NCBI GenBank assembly: GCA_002269645.1
Contig: NIVC01000169.1
Location: forward strand, 186,001 to 250,000
Reading direction: 5' to 3'
From: Macrostomum lignano
Taxonomy: Eukaryota
Length of the DNA stretch: 64,000 nucleotides
In this document: in pieces, positions 1 through 11,145 of the stretch
Layout of the letters: every line of letters begins with the position of its first letter
How positions within the stretch are numbered: the first letter of the stretch is position 1
Position numbers and translations under genes: made by a program
The notes under the pieces: model-generated
Told to the model about the DNA's origin: nothing
Seen by the model: the letters and a program-made list of their open reading frames with translations, nothing else
Database searches by the model: none

Positions 1-514
1 TAATTTTTGGAGCAGTTCGTACAAGCGCGTTTAGCATTGAACCTGAAAGCTCCTCACAATTGTAGCTCTCCTTTGCAGTTCGCAACAGAATTTGTTTTCA
101 AACCCACGAAAAGCTGCTGCCTCTCGCCAGATGCTTAATTGTCAAAAAAGCAATGAAAAATCTGCCACGTAGGTTCATGGCTCATCAATTGAAAACTACC
201 CAAGCTGCGTTCCGAACACCGGCACGAAGCTTCCCTACTGGAACTGCGATTACTTAACGAACTTACCGTTTTACATCCCTCGAGAGCGGATTCAGCGCTT
301 TCTTTAACAGATACGGCAGGTGAGGACAGGGCGTACTCTGTCCTCAATCTGTTTGTCTGCTGACTCTGGCGCCCCGGATTCGGTCGGCAACGCGGCCCCG
401 TGTTCACACCCGAAACCGTACAGGTGCGCGCACGTGACGCCACTGCAGTTTTTACAATCTTAACTGACATTGCTGTTAATAATACGAGCTAGCACGAAAC
501 TTCATAGGTTTCGC

Positions 515-3132
515 AAAGGGGATGTGAACTTCAGAGTCTAAATAGAGCCTGAAGCATTGGGCCCGATTTCTCTACGCTAATCCCTTCATTCGGAGCCAAA
601 TAGCTCCCGTTTTGCCAAAAACCCGACCACTTTAGCATTTGGGGGATCTCTATGGGGAGAAATGGGATAAATGGGGATTTCATGTGATGGAGATCTACCT
701 GTGTTATTTTGATTTTAATATATTTCGATTGTTGCGCTCAGGAAGGCTTAGACTTCAGTAAGTAGCTTCAGTACGACCAAATGGCCTGCCCGAAGTTTGA
801 TGGAAGAAGTGCAGCGCCGTCTTTGAATGGCCAGGTTGACGGAGATGCGGCCATCTTAGTCACGGGTAATGGACGTGAGAAGGCGTCGAGTCAGCTCGTT
901 GTCTTTGGGGCCATGCTTTCCATCGTCCTTCGCGATGCCGAGAACTTCGAGGAGCCGTTGTCGTTGTTGATGTCGAGGTAGGTGTTAGTGACGAGGACCT
1001 GAGAGGTCTTCGAGGACCCGAGGAGGAAGCTGTTGATGCTGTGGGCATCCGTGTCAGTGATAGCATTGTTGAGGATGGCTCCGAAGGGCGTCAAGTAGGC
1101 CGTTAGAATCGGTCAAAGAGCGAGGGCAGGAACGGCAGAGCCGGTGAGTAACTGGTTCACGTCGCCACCGAGAATGATATTGAGGGTACCGTCTGCATCA
1201 TGATCGGGCGGAAGGTTGCAGACGCTGTTGTTGACACTGCTGAAGGTGTTAAGGACATCTTCAGGGAGCTTAACGGCCGGTATATATATCGGGGCTGCTA
1301 GCTGGTCGGAGGCGAGGGCTGCGATTGTCCAGCGACGGCCGTCTGGGGCGTGGAGGTCGAAACTGACGAGGTCCGCAGTAATCTGACGCTTGGACTCCGA
1401 GTGGAAGGTGGGGTGGCTATCGTTAGTCTCTTGGCGGCTTTGAGGCCAAGCTTGTGGGCAACTTTGCCGTCGAGATGCGAGTATGAGCAGCCTGAGTCGA
1501 GAAGAATTGTGCAGTCGACCGAGCGGCATCTTTCGGGTTGACGGCCTTTGCCTGGAAGGTAGCCATGATCGTTGGCACGAGGCCTCCGTCGGCTGCGGGA
1601 CTAGGGAGTTGGCTGTCTCTTTGGAGTCGGCGTCACAACCCGAATTAACGTCGGCGTTTTGGCCTGTCTTAGGCGAGCGATGGCTGGAGCGGGCGCTGTC
1701 AATGGTGGCCTCTGCAGCGAGGTGTGGTGTGTGAGGTCGCCTAAGGCAGTTGCGGCAAAGGTTCTTGGTCCTTACTATTTTAAGCCGGTCATCGGGCTTG
1801 CGGATGTTGCAGAAAAACATGGTTGGTCGGAGCTGTCGCAATAGAGGCATGGGCGGCTGGGCTTATGCTGCTGCTGGTTGGCGGTGGGAACGAAGCATTC
1901 GGAGGGACGAGGCGAGGGTCTGGCGCCCGTGTGAGGAGTGGTGGACTGGCGTCGATCACTGGGGTAGCGCGCTGCTGGCGGCCGAGAGTCAGTGTTGCCC
2001 AGGAAGCCGGCGGAAGCAAAGGACGCTGTCAGAGTTGTCGTGGCGGCAGCCCTGGGAGTCCTAAGCTTAAAGCCAAGGTGGCTCTGGAGCTGTGCCATAG
2101 TGGGCATGAGAGGCTTCCCGCTTTCAGCATGGAGGTTGCGGATCTCGTTTCGGAGCTCGATCGAGAAGCGGCTCCAGATGGCGTAGACGTGGCTGTCGAT
2201 GGTGCAGGCGAGCTCGCCAAGGCGGAGGAGCTGGCCGGTAGCGAGTCGGAGGGCGTCGGTGAAGGTCTCGAGCTCATCTATGTCGGAGGCGGAACTGCAG
2301 AATAGTGCGAGGAGGCGTTGGAAGCAGGCGTTCTTCTGCTCCTCGGCGTCCGCGTAGTTAGCCTGGAGGACGCGGCAGGCCTCGGGTTGGCAGGTGTCGA
2401 GGGCGCCCAGCTTTCTTAGGGCGGGGCCGGATAGGAGACATCGGAGTGCCTCGAACTTGTCGACGTCGTTGAGGCTGGATCGGTCGACGCGGTAGAGGAA
2501 GGTGTCCCAGAATCTGGGCAATGCGGCAGGGTCGGTGCTGTCGATTGTCGGGAGACGAACCTTCAAAAGGACAGTGGAGCGGATGAGAGCGGCCGGATCG
2601 CGATCGACGCTGATTTTGGGGCAGGATGGGTATTAGCAGTGAGCTGTTCTATGAGAAGCTGATTCTGTTGCATCATCGCAGTCATGAAGGTGAGGAGAGG
2701 TTGACGTCGTGCAGCAGGTGACGAGGCAGTGATCGGGGATGGGACGGGAGGATCCATAGTCGGGACGGCTGATGTTTCCGGCGGCGGGCAGCTGGGTTCG
2801 ACGTACGGCTGCCCGCGGCAGGGGCTGCTTCAGCAGAGGCTGTAGTGCAGTCGTATGGGTCAGTCGTTGATCGCGTGATGACCATGTTAACGCTCTAGTC
2901 ATCTGGTCATCATGGTCATCTCGATATTTAAGCATTTGAAGCTCCTAGAGCCTTAAGTTCACATGAAATCCCCATTTATCCCATTTCTCCCCATAGAGAT
3001 CCCCCAAATGCTAAAGTGGTCGGGTTTTCGGCATAACGGGAGCTATTTGGCTCCGAATGAAGGGATTGGCGTAGAGAAATCGGGACTCAATGCTTCAGAC
3101 TCCAATTTGACTCCGAAGTTCACATCCCCTTT
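515..3132. mobile_element. Segment bounded by ~173-bp inverted repeats (515-687 and 2959-3132), putative non-autonomous TIR/foldback element carrying a BEL/Pao fragment
   Basis: aaaggggatgtgaacttc...ggggatttcatgtga at 515-687 is the reverse complement of tcacatgaaatcccc...gaagttcacatcccctt t at 2959-3132, with about ten differences by manual alignment. No target-site duplication found. Confidence 0.6.
770..2885 (-). pseudogene. Decayed BEL/Pao LTR retrotransposon gag-protease fragment (frameshifted, truncated just before RT)
   Basis: ORF 1775-2566 has a DUF1759-like Pao gag motif (LPTIDSTDPAALPRFWDTF...LNDVDKFEALRCLLSGPAL). ORF 1113-1850 has the Pao knuckle (CLYCD...RLKIVRTKNLCRNCLRRPH) and a protease-region ILGGD motif. 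Further along are TPFGAIL and a GRISV/PFKDGAALLPSNFGQA pre-RT motif near 780-850. On the minus strand TTAACA followed by TGGTC at ~2885 resembles an LTR end plus PBS. Confidence 0.75.
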
Positions 3133-3228
3133 CACTTGGTTTTTGTGCTAAGCATCCAGTTTTTAAGCTACCTGGATTTTGAGTCTTCGCAGTAAGAGAC
3201 CGTCTTTACGATTGTCTTTACTTTAGAA

Positions 3229-3480
3229 TCCCACTGGAACAATTTGTGTCCTTGAGCAAGACACTTTGACTCTGCATTACTTTAGTTCACCCAGCTGTAA
3301 AATGGGTGCCAGCATTAGCTGGGGTAATTGAGGGTGTGCGTGGTGACCCCCCCCCCCCAGTCCTTACTGAACAGCCGTAAGCAGCCTTCAGATGCGCCGC
3401 GCAATAGCTGCGGCTGAGCTGTTGGTTGCACATCTGGTCCGATTGGGGCAGGTGTAATCAATTATTATTATTATTATTAT
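3229..3480 (+). mobile_element. SINE family A (CORE-type), 5'-truncated copy whose (ATT)n tail hosts the Gypsy insertion
   Basis: tgtgtccttgagcaagacactt...cacccagctgtaaaatggg core and gggcaggtgtaatcaattattatt tail shared with five other copies. The tail resumes at 7824-7876. Confidence 0.85.
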
Positions 3481-3732
3481 TGAAAGTCAATAGCTTTAGC
3501 TCTCAGTTGTGACAAAAGTTTATTGAAGTCAACCTAAGATCAGAAAACACATTAATAAGCATCGCAGCATAGCATTGGGGTGGGTGACAGAGATAAGGCA
3601 TGCACGAGGGAATAGTGAAAGAGCAACGATGTACACAGAGTACACAAACCCTCACCAGACAAATAACCCACCCCAAGCACCAACCCCAGAGCCCACAGTC
3701 CAAAAAAGATCAGAGTCATTCAGAGTCCAACA
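3481..3732 (-). repeat. 3' LTR of the Gypsy element
   Basis: Direct repeat of 7572-7823, preceded on the minus strand by the purine tract GATGGGGGGCAG. Confidence 0.97.
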
Positions 3733-3747
3733 CTGCCCCCCATCAAA

Positions 3748-6700
3748 CTAGCACTTGTAGCAGACCGGACGTCTTGGTCGGAGCTCATAGGAAGGCCCAC
3801 TAGTATTCGCACTGTCGTTCTGAACCGTTGGCTCGTCAGCTGGTTCCGGAACGACCATCTTGGATGTACCAGCTGGGGGCTGCAGATGCTCAGGCTCGCC
3901 AGTGCTGTCATCCTCCTGATTCTCTGGACGGTCGCTCCATTGGTTGCGGTGGGCCAGGCGCAGTCCTCCAGATGGCAAATCAGTTGGCGTCACCAGAGCA
4001 GTATTTTGGCCATGCTGAACCACGAACTTGGCCTTGACGGGTCCGGTCGCTGGGCGCATCCGAAGCCAGATGGCATCTCCGACTTGTTCGGGCATTGATA
4101 GAGGATGATGCAGCCTCCTCCCCCACATCATGATGTCCGGTGACGCTGGTCTAGATCCACTCGGCCGGCCAGTCCTCACGGTCAGGAGCAACTTCTGCAG
4201 AAATTGTTGAAATGGGACAACTCGGTTCCAAGTTCTCAGGCCGTCCTTCAGGCTCCTTACGAGCCGCTCAGCCTGTCCGTTTGATGCCGGGTGATATGGC
4301 GGAGTGTGGACCTCCCTGCAGCCGATTGAGTCCAGCCACTGAGACAGCCGGGTCGATTTAAACTCTGGTGCGTTGTCGGATACTAAGGTTTGCGGCACAC
4401 CGTTGCGAGCAAAGACAGCTCTCAGGACTCTCATGACCGTATCCGTCGACTTGTCCGGAACCTGAATGGCTTCAGGCCAGCCTGAGTAATCGTCCGACAG
4501 TAGCAGCAGCAGGCCGACTCCGGAGACTTCGCAGTGGTCCATGTGGACGCGGCTCCATGGAGTTGTCTCCGGTGGCCAAATGTCGATTTTGCGATTAGAC
4601 AGTGGGCGGGACTCAGCGCATGTCCGGCATCTCTCCACATACTGTCGCACATCTCGATCCAATCCAGGCCACCAGAATTCCTTGCAGATGTGGGCCTTAG
4701 TGCTCTCAAAGCTAGGATGTACTTCATCATGAGCCGCTTCCAGAATCCGCCGACGAAGCACTGCTGGAGGTACCACTCGAGTTCCATGGATCACCAAGCC
4801 GTTATCAGTCGACAAAGAAGTTCTACAGGCTTTAAAGGGTCGCTCAACCTGAGAAACTTGACCCCAACGCCCGGTTCGGATTCTCTGTTGCAGTCTCTTC
4901 AGCACCGAGCAGTTCAGGGTGGCTTCCCGGAGCTCCTGCTGAGTCACCAGCCCAGACGCGCCGCAGTCATCTGCGCTCAGCACTGAATCCGCTTGATGCA
5001 CCGTGTCCTCATCGGCTTCTGCAGTGTAGTTGAGCCTTGACAAGGCATCAGCGTCCAGCAGCTGCTTTCCTGGAATGTATTCCACAGAGTAATCGAATGC
5101 AGATAGTCTTAAGGCCCATCTAGTCAGCCTAGCTGACGCTGTTTTTGACAGGCTTTTGCTCGGGTTGAAAATATATCTCAGAGGTTCATGATCCGTTTGC
5201 AAGATAAATTTTTTCCCGATCAACATTTTCTTCGCTCGCTCAACTGCCCAAACTATAGCTAGTGCTTCCCTTTCAATGTTAGAGTAGTTGGACTCCGCGG
5301 AGGTGAGCATCCTCGATAGGTACATCACTGGGTGACCTGCTTGAGTCAGAACAGCGCCTATGGATTTTTCACTAGCATCAACTCGAAGGCAGACTGGCGC
5401 GTTGATGTCGTATGGCTTGACACACGGCTTGGAGGCGAGACATGCTTTTACTTCGGCAAAGGCAGCCTCGGCTGCCGGGCTCCAATCGAATGCACTGTCG
5501 CTCCTCCTCAGCTCATGCAATACTCGGCAGCGCTCGGAGAAGTTGGGAATCAGTCTGCCGTAGAACTGTGCAAGTCCTAGAAACTTCTCTAGGTCCTTTT
5601 TACTCTTGGGGCTGGCTACCTGTAGCACTCTCTCAACCATCCCTGGGTCTGGTTTGATGCCTTCCGCATCGATGACGTGCCCAAGAAACTTCAGGCTGCT
5701 AGCCTCCATAACGCACTTTGACTCGTTAATTTTGACATTAGCCTCTCGCAGTCTTTTCAAGACACTTTCCCTGATCTGCTGCAGCTCTAACGTAGAACTC
5801 CCACCAATCAGCACATCATCTTGATAAGTAATAACACTCGGATGCTCACCGATCAGTTTCTCCATCTCACGCTGAAAGACTGATGGTGACACCTTGATAC
5901 CGTAGGGCAGTCTGTTGAAGCGGTAGCAGCCGAATGGGGTGTTGATGGTGGTGACCGCCTTGGACTGCTCATCCAGGAGAATCTGGTAGTAGGCGTCTGA
6001 CAGATCCAGGTGACAGAAGAACTTCTTGTTGGCAACCTTTGAAAAGGCCGTCTCAATGGAGGGTGTTAGATACGTCTGGCCTTGTATCAGCTGATTGACG
6101 GTGGTGTAGTCGCCGCAGATCCTCACTGTCTCCCGGCCAGGCTTGACGGTGACCACGATCGGGCTGCCCCACTCCGATGAGTTCACTTTCTCAACAATTC
6201 CAGCCGCCTCCATTAGGTCGAGTTCCTTCTTCACTAGCGGTTTCAATGCCATGGGAAGCTCACGGGCCGGTTGAAACACTGGCTCGGCGCTGGACTTGAG
6301 TCGGATCTCTCCAACCGCGCCCTTGATTCCAGCCAACTTCAGATATTTGTTGTTCACCTCCTCCAAATGATGCATCTGCTGGCTGCTTAGCAGATTCCGG
6401 CCCAGGAGACCGAATTGCTGGTGACAGTCTATCACCGGGAGTTCCATTGTCGCAAATCTCCCGTTGTTGCCTTCAGTCTCCACCAAGCACTGTAGGAGGC
6501 CAAGCTGTCTCATCACGTGACCATCATATGACAGCATGCGTGACTTCGGCTTCTTGAGTGCTGGTCTTCCAAGGTCGATCCAGATTTTCTTGGAGATCAA
6601 TGAGCAGGAGGCGCCACTGTCCCTCTCCATTTTTACCAGCTTACCGTTGATCTTCACAAAGCAGAAATCGGCTGGCTTGCCTTCAGTGCAGAAAAACACA

Positions 6701-7527
6701 GCTTCATCCGGGTTGGCTTCGGGCTCCGTGAAGTGCGCCTTGGCGGTGCTGCGACATGCCCTGGCAAAGTGTCCCTGCTTTCCGCACTTGTGGCAAGCAG
6801 CTTTCAGGGCCCGACATTCTGACACGTTACGATGCTGAGCCAAGCCGCACCTTCCACACTTGCCCTTGAACTGGTGAACAGTGTGAGCCGATTGCTGCTC
6901 CAGCTCTTGTGACACCGCCTGATGCACAGCTGGCTCAGTTGATGCTCCGATGTTCTGAGCTGCCGATGTTGGTGTCGTGAAGTCGTTGACCAGTTGCAGC
7001 TGCTGAACAAACTCAGTGATCTGATCTACAGTCAGCTCTTGCGTCATCTCACGCTCCAGAACCTTGTTTCTCGTGTCCTGGCTAACTAGGCCAGCGATGA
7101 GGCGCATCTTGATCAGCTGCTCAGCCGGGTCCGCCTGCTCTTCCTTGAACTTCTCGAACTCGCAAACCATGGCCTGTTCTCGCAATCTGGCAGTGAAGCC
7201 GGCCACAGTCTCTCCATCGACTTGTCTCATGGCCATGAATGCTGTCCTCTCGGCTATCAGAAGCCTCTTCTTGGGCTCCAGATACTTGAAAAGACTTTTC
7301 TTGATGTCCTCCCACCGCATTCCTGCGATCTTCTTTGGAGCAACCAGCTGTTTCACCTTCATAAGTTGACTTACGCCCAGCGATCCTAGAAATGCGTCTG
7401 TCAGGCCGAGGTTGTTCCCTTCGTCTTTGACTCCTTTGGACCTTGCCTGAGCGTCGAACACTTCTACCCAGGCTCGCAGTTCGTCCACATTATCCAAAGG
7501 CAGTTGATCGCGAATCTTAATCGACAT
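3748..7527 (-). CDS. Gag-Pol polyprotein, 1259 aa from the first ATG
   Basis: CCHC knuckle CHKCGKQGHFARAC, protease DSGAS, RT LDLSDAY and YQDD, RNase H DASEKSIGAVL/EREALAI/TDH, integrase HHCC zinc finger (H..H...CRTC) and D,D35E (MDH, SDN, 35 residues, AER). Domain order PR-RT-RH-IN is Ty3/Gypsy. Confidence 0.96.
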   Translation of the reverse strand: MSIKIRDQLPLDNVDELRAWVEVFDAQARSKGVKDEGNNLGLTDAFLGSLGVSQLMKVKQLVAPKKIAGMRWEDIKKSLFKYLEPKKRLLIAERTAFMAMRQVDGETVAGFTARLREQAMVCEFEKFKEEQADPAEQLIKMRLIAGLVSQDTRNKVLEREMTQELTVDQITEFVQQLQLVNDFTTPTSAAQNIGASTEPAVHQAVSQELEQQSAHTVHQFKGKCGRCGLAQHRNVSECRALKAACHKCGKQGHFARACRSTAKAHFTEPEANPDEAVFFCTEGKPADFCFVKINGKLVKMERDSGASCSLISKKIWIDLGRPALKKPKSRMLSYDGHVMRQLGLLQCLVETEGNNGRFATMELPVIDCHQQFGLLGRNLLSSQQMHHLEEVNNKYLKLAGIKGAVGEIRLKSSAEPVFQPARELPMALKPLVKKELDLMEAAGIVEKVNSSEWGSPIVVTVKPGRETVRICGDYTTVNQLIQGQTYLTPSIETAFSKVANKKFFCHLDLSDAYYQILLDEQSKAVTTINTPFGCYRFNRLPYGIKVSPSVFQREMEKLIGEHPSVITYQDDVLIGGSSTLELQQIRESVLKRLREANVKINESKCVMEASSLKFLGHVIDAEGIKPDPGMVERVLQVASPKSKKDLEKFLGLAQFYGRLIPNFSERCRVLHELRRSDSAFDWSPAAEAAFAEVKACLASKPCVKPYDINAPVCLRVDASEKSIGAVLTQAGHPVMYLSRMLTSAESNYSNIEREALAIVWAVERAKKMLIGKKFILQTDHEPLRYIFNPSKSLSKTASARLTRWALRLSAFDYSVEYIPGKQLLDADALSRLNYTAEADEDTVHQADSVLSADDCGASGLVTQQELREATLNCSVLKRLQQRIRTGRWGQVSQVERPFKACRTSLSTDNGLVIHGTRVVPPAVLRRRILEAAHDEVHPSFESTKAHICKEFWWPGLDRDVRQYVERCRTCAESRPLSNRKIDIWPPETTPWSRVHMDHCEVSGVGLLLLLSDDYSGWPEAIQVPDKSTDTVMRVLRAVFARNGVPQTLVSDNAPEFKSTRLSQWLDSIGCREVHTPPYHPASNGQAERLVRSLKDGLRTWNRVVPFQQFLQKLLLTVRTGRPSGSRPASPDIMMWGRRLHHPLSMPEQVGDAIWLRMRPATGPVKAKFVVQHGQNTALVTPTDLPSGGLRLAHRNQWSDRPENQEDDSTGEPEHLQPPAGTSKMVVPEPADEPTVQNDSANTSGPSYELRPRRPVCYKC

Positions 7528-7551
7528 TCTGGCAGTATGCAGGCGTGCGCT

Positions 7552-7569
7552 ATCCTGCTCGCGACGCCA
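7552..7569 (-). promoter_or_regulatory. Primer-binding site, tRNA-Ser-like
   Basis: TGGCGTCGCGAGCAGGAT lies 2 nt downstream of the 5' LTR. Its complement ATCCTGCTCGCGACGCCA resembles the 3' end of eukaryotic tRNA-Ser(CGA/TGA). Confidence 0.7.
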
Positions 7570-7571
7570 AG

Positions 7572-7823
7572 TGAAAGTCAATAGCTTTAGCTCTCAGTTG
7601 TGACAAAAGTTTATTGAAGTCAACCTAAGATCAGAAAACACATTAATAAGCATCGCAGCATAGCATTGGGGTGGGTGACAGAGATAAGGCATGCACGAGG
7701 GAATAGTGAAAGAGCAACGATGTACACAGAGTACACAAACCCTCACCAGACAAATAACCCACCCCAAGCACCAACCCCAGAGCCCACAGTCCAAAAAAGA
7801 TCAGAGTCATTCAGAGTCCAACA
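7572..7823 (-). repeat. 5' LTR of the Gypsy element
   Basis: Direct repeat of 3481-3732, followed after 2 nt by the PBS. Confidence 0.97.
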
Positions 7824-7837
7824 ATTATTATTATTAA

Positions 7838-7877
<40 letters not shown>

Positions 7878-8449
7878 GAATTTTGAGTACCACTTACTTA
7901 TTCTGATTTGAGTGTTTAGTCGCTCAATCAGAGGAGTCGCCAGGATCTAAAAATGAAGGTACAGAGTTCAAATACATGTAATTACAATTTGCATCAAAGG
8001 GTCAAATAGGCAATATTGAGTATATGAAAGTTCATCATACTTGTGATGTGGCTCGATTTCGATCCATAGGTTATAGTCACCTGGTGTCACCCATTGAAGG
8101 GGGCGATGGCGTCTGGATGACTGGCTGATGATGTCCAGCAGATGAGGTTGCCCATAATTATTGAAGTTTGATCAGCGAAATGAAGGAAATTGGCAATAGG
8201 GTGTCCAGGGTCACCTGGTACCACCGGTTCAAGGTCAAGAAGCTCCATCTGGGTGAAGGCCAGTGACATGGGAGCCTGGGTGGAGCTCCGCGCGAACTGA
8301 CTACAATTGATCACTTTTTGGAACAGTCGACTAGAGACTTAAGACTCGACTCAGACTCAGGATGGAGCAAGAAGCTCGCGCAGAAACTCTTAGAATCACA
8401 CGATTGGATAGAATTAGAAGGATCTATCAGAGCTCAGATCAGAGCCAGT

Positions 8450-11145
8450 CTCAGGATGCCAGTTTCAGGATGCCAGTCTCAGAATGCCAGTCTCAGGATG
8501 CCAGTCTCAGGATGCCAGTCTCAGAATGCCACCAGCCTCAGGATGCCACCAGCCTCAGGATGCCAGCCTCAGAATGCCAGTCTCAGGATGCCACCAGCCT
8601 TAGGATGCCAGCCTCAGGATGCCAGCCTCAGGATGCCAGTTTCAGGATGCCACCAGCCTCAGGATGCCAGCCTCAGGATGCCAGTCTCAGGATGCCAGCC
8701 TCAGGATGCCACCAGCCTCAGGATGCCAGCCTCAGGATGCCACCAGCCTCAGGATGCCACCAGCCTCAGGATGCCAGCCTCAGGATGTCAGTCTCAGGAT
8801 GCCACCAGCCTCAGGATGCCAGCCTCAGGATGCCACCAGCCTCAGGATGCCAGCCTCAGGATACCACCAGCCTCAGGATGCCACCAGCCTCAGGATGCCA
8901 GTCTCAGGATGCCAGCCTCAGGATGCCAGCCTCAGGATGCCAGCCTCAGGATGCCAGTCTCAGAATGCCAGTCTCAGGATGCCAGTCTCAGGATGCCAGT
9001 CTCAGGATGCCAGTCTCAGGATGCCAGTCTCAGGATGCCAGTCTCAGGATGCCACCAGCCTCAGGATGCCACCAGCCTCAGGATGCCAGTCTCAGGATGC
9101 CACCAGCCTCAGGATGCCAGCCTCAGGATGCCAGTCTCAGGATGCCACCAGCCTCAGGATGCCACCAGCTTCAGGATGCCACCAGCCTCAGGATGCCACC
9201 AGCCTCAGGATGCCAGCCTCAGGATGCCACCAGCCTCAGGATGCCAGCCTCAGGATGCCACCAGCCTCAGGATGCCACCAGCCTCAGGATGCCAGTCTCA
9301 GGATGCCAGCCTCAGGATGCCAGCCTCAGGATGCCAGCCTCAGGATGCCAGCCTCAGGATGCCAGCCTCAGGATGCCAGCCTCAGGATGCCAGTCTCAGG
9401 ATGCCACCAGCCTCAGGATGCCAGCCTCAGGATGCCACCAGCCTCAGGATGCCACCAGCCTCAGGATGCCACCAGCCTCAGGATGCCAGTCTCAGGATGC
9501 CAGCCTCAGGATGCCAGCCTCAGGATGCCAGCCTCAGGATGCCAGTCTCAGAATGCCAGTCTCAGGATGCCAGTCTCAGGATGCCAGCCTCAGGATGCCA
9601 CCAGCCTCAGGATGCCAGTCTCAGGATGCCAGCCTCAGGATGCCAGCCTCAGGATGCCAGCCTCAGGATGCCAGCCTCAGGATGCCAGCCTCAGGATGCC
9701 AGTCTCAGGATGCCACCAGCCTCAGGATGCCAGCCTCAGGATGCCACCAGCCTCAGGATGCCACCAGCCTCAGGATGCCACCAGCCTCAGGATGCCAGTC
9801 TCAGGATGCCAGCCTCAGGATGCCAGCCTCAGGATGCCAGCCTCAGGATGCCAGTCTCAGAATGCCAGTCTCAGGATGCCAGTCTCAGGATGCCAGCCTC
9901 AGGATGCCACCAGCCTCAGGATGCCAGTCTCAGGATGCCAGCCTCAGGATGCCAGCCTCAGGATGCCAGCCTCAGGATGCCAGCCTCAGGATGCCAGCCT
10001 CAGGATGCCAGTCTCAGGATGCCACCAGCCTCAGGATGCCAGCCTCAGGATGCCACCAGCCTCAGGATGCCACCAGCCTCAGGATGCCACCAGCCTCAGG
10101 ATGCCAGTCTCAGGATGCCAGCCTCAGGATGCCAGCCTTAGGATGCCAGCCTCAGGATGCCAGTCTCAGAATGCCAGTCTCAGGATGCCAGTCTCAGGAT
10201 GCCAGCCTCAGGATGCCACCAGCCTCAGGATGCCACCAGCCTCAGGATGCCAGCCTCAGGATGCCACCAGCCTCAGGATGCCACCAGCCTCAGGATGCCA
10301 GTCTCAGGATGCCAGCCTCAGGATGCCAGCCTCAGGATGCCAGCCTCAGGATGCCAGCCTCAGGATGCCAGCCTCAGGATGCCAGCCTCAGGATGCCAGT
10401 CTCAGGATGCCACCAGCCTCAGGATGCCAGCCTCAGGATGCCACCAGCCTCAGGATGCCACCAGCCTCAGGATGCCACCAGCCTCAGGATGCCAGTCTCA
10501 GGATGCCAGCCTCAGGATGCCAGCCTCAGGATGCCAGCCTCAGGATGCCAGTCTCAGAATGCCAGTCTCAGGATGCCAGTCTCAGGATGCCAGCCTCAGG
10601 ATGCCACCAGCCTCAGGATGCCAGTCTCAGGATGCCAGCCTCAGGATGCCAGCCTCAGGATGCCAGCCTCAGGATGCCAGCCTCAGGATGCCAGCCTCAG
10701 GATGCCAGTCTCAGGATGCCACCAGCCTCAGGATGCCAGCCTCAGGATGCCACCAGCCTCAGGATGCCACCAGCCTCAGGATGCCACCAGCCTCAGGATG
10801 CCAGTCTCAGGATGCCAGCCTCAGGATGCCAGCCTTAGGATGCCAGCCTCAGGATGCCAGTCTCAGGATGCCAGTCTCAGGATGCCAGTCTCAGGATGCC
10901 AGCCTCAGGATGCCACCAGCCTCAGGATGCCACCAGCCTCAGGATGCCAGCCTCAGGATGCCACCAGCCTCAGGATGCCACCAGCCTCAGGATGCCACCA
11001 ACCTCAGGATGCCACCAGCCTCAGGATGCCAGTCTCAGGATGCCAGCCTCAGGATGCCAGCCTCAGGATGCCAGCCTCAGGATGCCAGCCTCAGGATGCC
11101 ACCAGCCTCAGGATGCCAGCCTCAGGATGCCAGCCTCAGGATGCC
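8450..11145. repeat. Composite minisatellite of 14-bp (caggatgccagcct/gtct) and 17-bp (caggatgccaccagcct) monomers with 309-bp and 697-bp higher-order periods
   Basis: Read directly. The rare cagAATG variant recurs at 9552, 9861, 10170 and 10558; the rare ccTTagg variant recurs at 10138 and 10835. Confidence 0.97.

Larger units (their letters stand above)
3481..7823 (-). mobile_element. Full-length Ty3/Gypsy LTR retrotransposon (4343 bp, Mag-like)
   Basis: Two 252-bp TG...CA LTRs (7572-7823 and 3481-3732) with no difference seen by eye. ATTAT flanks both ends (3476-3480, 7824-7828). PBS at 7552-7569, PPT at 3733-3744, single uninterrupted gag-pol ORF. Confidence 0.97.

Noticed and set aside
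135-470. 111-aa minus-strand ORF and a possible plus-strand exon at the window edge
   Set aside because: No recognisable domain; cannot be tied to a gene within the window.
8120-8185. CTGATGA...GAAA hammerhead-ribozyme-like core
   Set aside because: No stem II pairing between the two core motifs.
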